From NCBI GenBank assembly GCA_965235115.1, contig OZ249443.1, forward strand, positions 20,150,001-20,214,000: a DNA stretch of 64,000 bases, in the 5' to 3' direction. Origin of the DNA: Laetmonice hystrix (lineage: Eukaryota). Made by a program: the position numbers and the translations under genes. A model generated the notes under the pieces. It did not search any database and had not been told where the DNA came from. It saw nothing but the letters and a program-made list of their open reading frames with translations. Positions 61,667-64,000 of the stretch are shown piece by piece (the first letter of the stretch is position 1; each line of letters starts with the position of its first letter).

Positions 61667-63243
61667 CGGTCAGGTCTGCTCCTCCTAAAGTCTGTGTCCC
61701 CGGCAGGTCTGCTCCTCCCAAACAAAGTCAGTGGCCCCGACGGGTCTGCTCCCAAACAAAGTCAGTGACCCCGGCGGGTCTACTCCCAAACAAAGTCAGT
61801 GTCCCCGGCAGGTCTGCTCCTCCCAAAACAAAGTCAGTGACCCCGGCGGGTCTGCTCCCAAACAAAGTCAGTGACCCCGGCGGGTCTGCTCCTCCCAAAC
61901 AAAGTCAGTGACCCCGGCGGGTCTGCTCCTCCCAAATAAAGTCAGTGACCCCGGCAGGTCTACTCCCAAACAATGTCAGTGACCCCGGCAGGTCTACTCC
62001 CAAACAATGTCAGTGACCCCGGCGGGTCTGCTCCTCCCAAATAAAGTCAGTGACCCCGGCAGGTCTACTCCCAAACAAAGTCAGTGACCCCGGCAGGTCT
62101 ACTCCCAAACAATGTCAGTGACCCCGGCAGGTCTACTCCCAAACAATGTCAGTGACCCCGGCGGGTCTGCTCCTCCCAAACAAAGTCAGTGTACCCGGCG
62201 GGTCTGCTCCTCCCAAACAAAGTCAGTGACCCCGGGAGGTCTACTCCCAAACAAAGTCAGTGACCCCGGCAGGTCTACTCCCAAACAAAGTCAGTGACTC
62301 CGGCGGGTCTACTCCCAAACAAAGTCAGTGACCCGGGCAGGTCTACTCCCAAACAAAGTCAGTGACCCGGGCAGGTCTACTCCCAAACAAAGTCAGTGAC
62401 CCCGGCGGGTCTGCTCCTCCCAAAGTCTGTGACCCCGGCAGGTCTACTCCCAAACAAAGTCAGTGACCCGGGCAGGTCTACTCCCAAACAAAGTCAGTGA
62501 CCCGGGCAGGTCTACTCCCAAACAAAGTCAGTGACCCCGGCAGGTCTACTCCCAAACAAAGTCAGTGACCCGGGCAGGTCTACTCCCAAACAAAGTCAGT
62601 GACCCGGGCAGGTCTACTCCCAAACAAAGTCAGTGACCCCGGCAGGTCTACTCCCAAACAAAGTCAGCGACCCCGGCGGGTCTACTCCCAAACAAAGTCA
62701 GTGTCCCCGGCGGGTCTACTCCCAAACAAAGTCAGTGACCCGGGCAGGTCTACTCCCAAACAAAGTCAGTGACCCGGGCAGGTCTACTCCCAAACAAAGT
62801 CAGTGACCCGGGCAGGTCTACTCCCAAACAAAGTCAGTGACCCCGGCAGGTCTACTCCCAAACAAAGTCAGCGACCCCGGCGGGTCTACTCCCAAACAAA
62901 GTCAGTGTCCCCGGCGGGTCTACTCCCAAACAAAGTCAGTGACCCGGGCAGGTCTACTCCCAAACAAAGTCAGTGACCCGGGCAGGTCTACTGCCAAACA
63001 AAGTCAGTGACCCCGGCAGGTCTACTGCCAAACAAAGTCAGTAAGCCCGGCGGGTCTCCTCCTCCCAAACAAAGTCAGTGACACCGGCGGGTCTGCTCCT
63101 CCCAAACAAAGTCAGTGACACCGGCGGGTCTACTCCTCCCAAACAAAGTCAGTGACCCCGGCGGGTCTACTCCTCCCAAACAAAGTCAGTGACCCCGGCG
63201 GGTCTGCTCCTCCCAAACAAAGTCAGTAAGCCCGGCGGGTCTC
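61667..63243. repeat. Intronic minisatellite, 34-37-bp unit, ~45 copies
   Basis: GTGACCCCGGCAGGTCTACTCCCAAACAAAGTCA head-to-tail, with variants and higher-order blocks. Confidence 0.95.
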
Positions 63244-63779
63244 GACACCACGGAGACCTATCCCACTGCGGTCAACCAGAACTGCAATCACTCAAACATA
63301 AAGAGTTCATGCGTTCATAGAGTCGTTATTTATGAAAGTCAATAAATCTTTGAGTTTGATCTTACTGCTGCTGTACGATGAATTTACAGTGGACACGTCC
63401 GGTGGGGCGCCGCGGCCCCTCAAGTCTCTCCACAAACTGTCTCAAACAGACCTCAGACGTATATAGAACAGTCCTACCACCAACGCCAGCCACCCTAGAC
63501 CGGGTCAGACCGTAGGAGCCTCAGACTGGCGGACTCCCCATGTTTCTTACTCAGTTACGGTCGATAACTAGGTCTTTGAGAAGGGTAAGTGACCGTAAAT
63601 ACATTCCCAAAGCGATGTAGTCCGGAAACGTTTGGCCAGGGTTAGGAGGTCCTTTGACGACGGTTTATCAATATTTCATACACTCTACCGACGGTGCCGG
63701 TAGCGGACCACTGACCGTATAGCCTAACAGGAGAATCTGCTGGGAATAGATGTCTTTAAATAGGTCTGTAATGGGTCAA

Positions 63780-63965
63780 CTACGGAGCCCTGTTGGGGAC
63801 ATGAAGAAAAAAAAAATTGTGGGGATCTCGAAATTACCACTTAGTGATGTCATTAACTCGTTACTACGACTTGATGACGTCACTAAGTGGTAATTTCGAG
63901 ATCACCACAAAGTTTTTTCTCTGAAACGATTTATTTTTCTTCATGTCCCCAACAGGGCTCCGTAG
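63780..63965. mobile_element. Palindromic MITE with 4-bp TCAA target duplication
   Basis: TIR CTACGGAGCCCTGTTGGGGACATGAAGAAAAA / TTTTTCTTCATGTCCCCAACAGGGCTCCGTAG; TCAA on both flanks; decayed relative at ~29417-29605. Confidence 0.8.
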
Positions 63966-64000
63966 TCAACACTGCCGTAGATACAATAAAATAATATTAC

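Overview
Eukaryotic (invertebrate metazoan, inferred) genomic DNA with spliced genes, many MITEs and tandem repeats, and three N-gaps. Host genes: the main exon of an atypical aminergic-type GPCR (+, 6218-7311); a 14-exon ABHD16A orthologue (-, 35078 to 28619) whose last exons could not be found; an EGF-like/2xCCP/TM gene (-, 43131 to 40633); and the 3' end of an ankyrin-repeat/SOCS-box gene (-, 61647 to 59735). The dominant object is a young 9.6-kb Ty3/gypsy element with an envelope gene (errantivirus-like; -, 16977-26563). It has apparently identical 1048-bp LTRs, a GCGT target duplication, a tRNA-Ala PBS and non-canonical TA...TA ends. Gag and pol are in one frame separated by a single TAG. 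The env is baculovirus-F-like with an unusual C-terminal extension containing a second TM segment and an extra domain. About 1.9 kb of the interior is inverted, with loss of the integrase core and mid-env. A second notable object is a perfect antisense copy of one ABHD16A exon, with both splice sites, inserted between 15-bp direct repeats three introns upstream of that exon in the same gene. All calls were made by eye plus the ORF track; no database searches were run.
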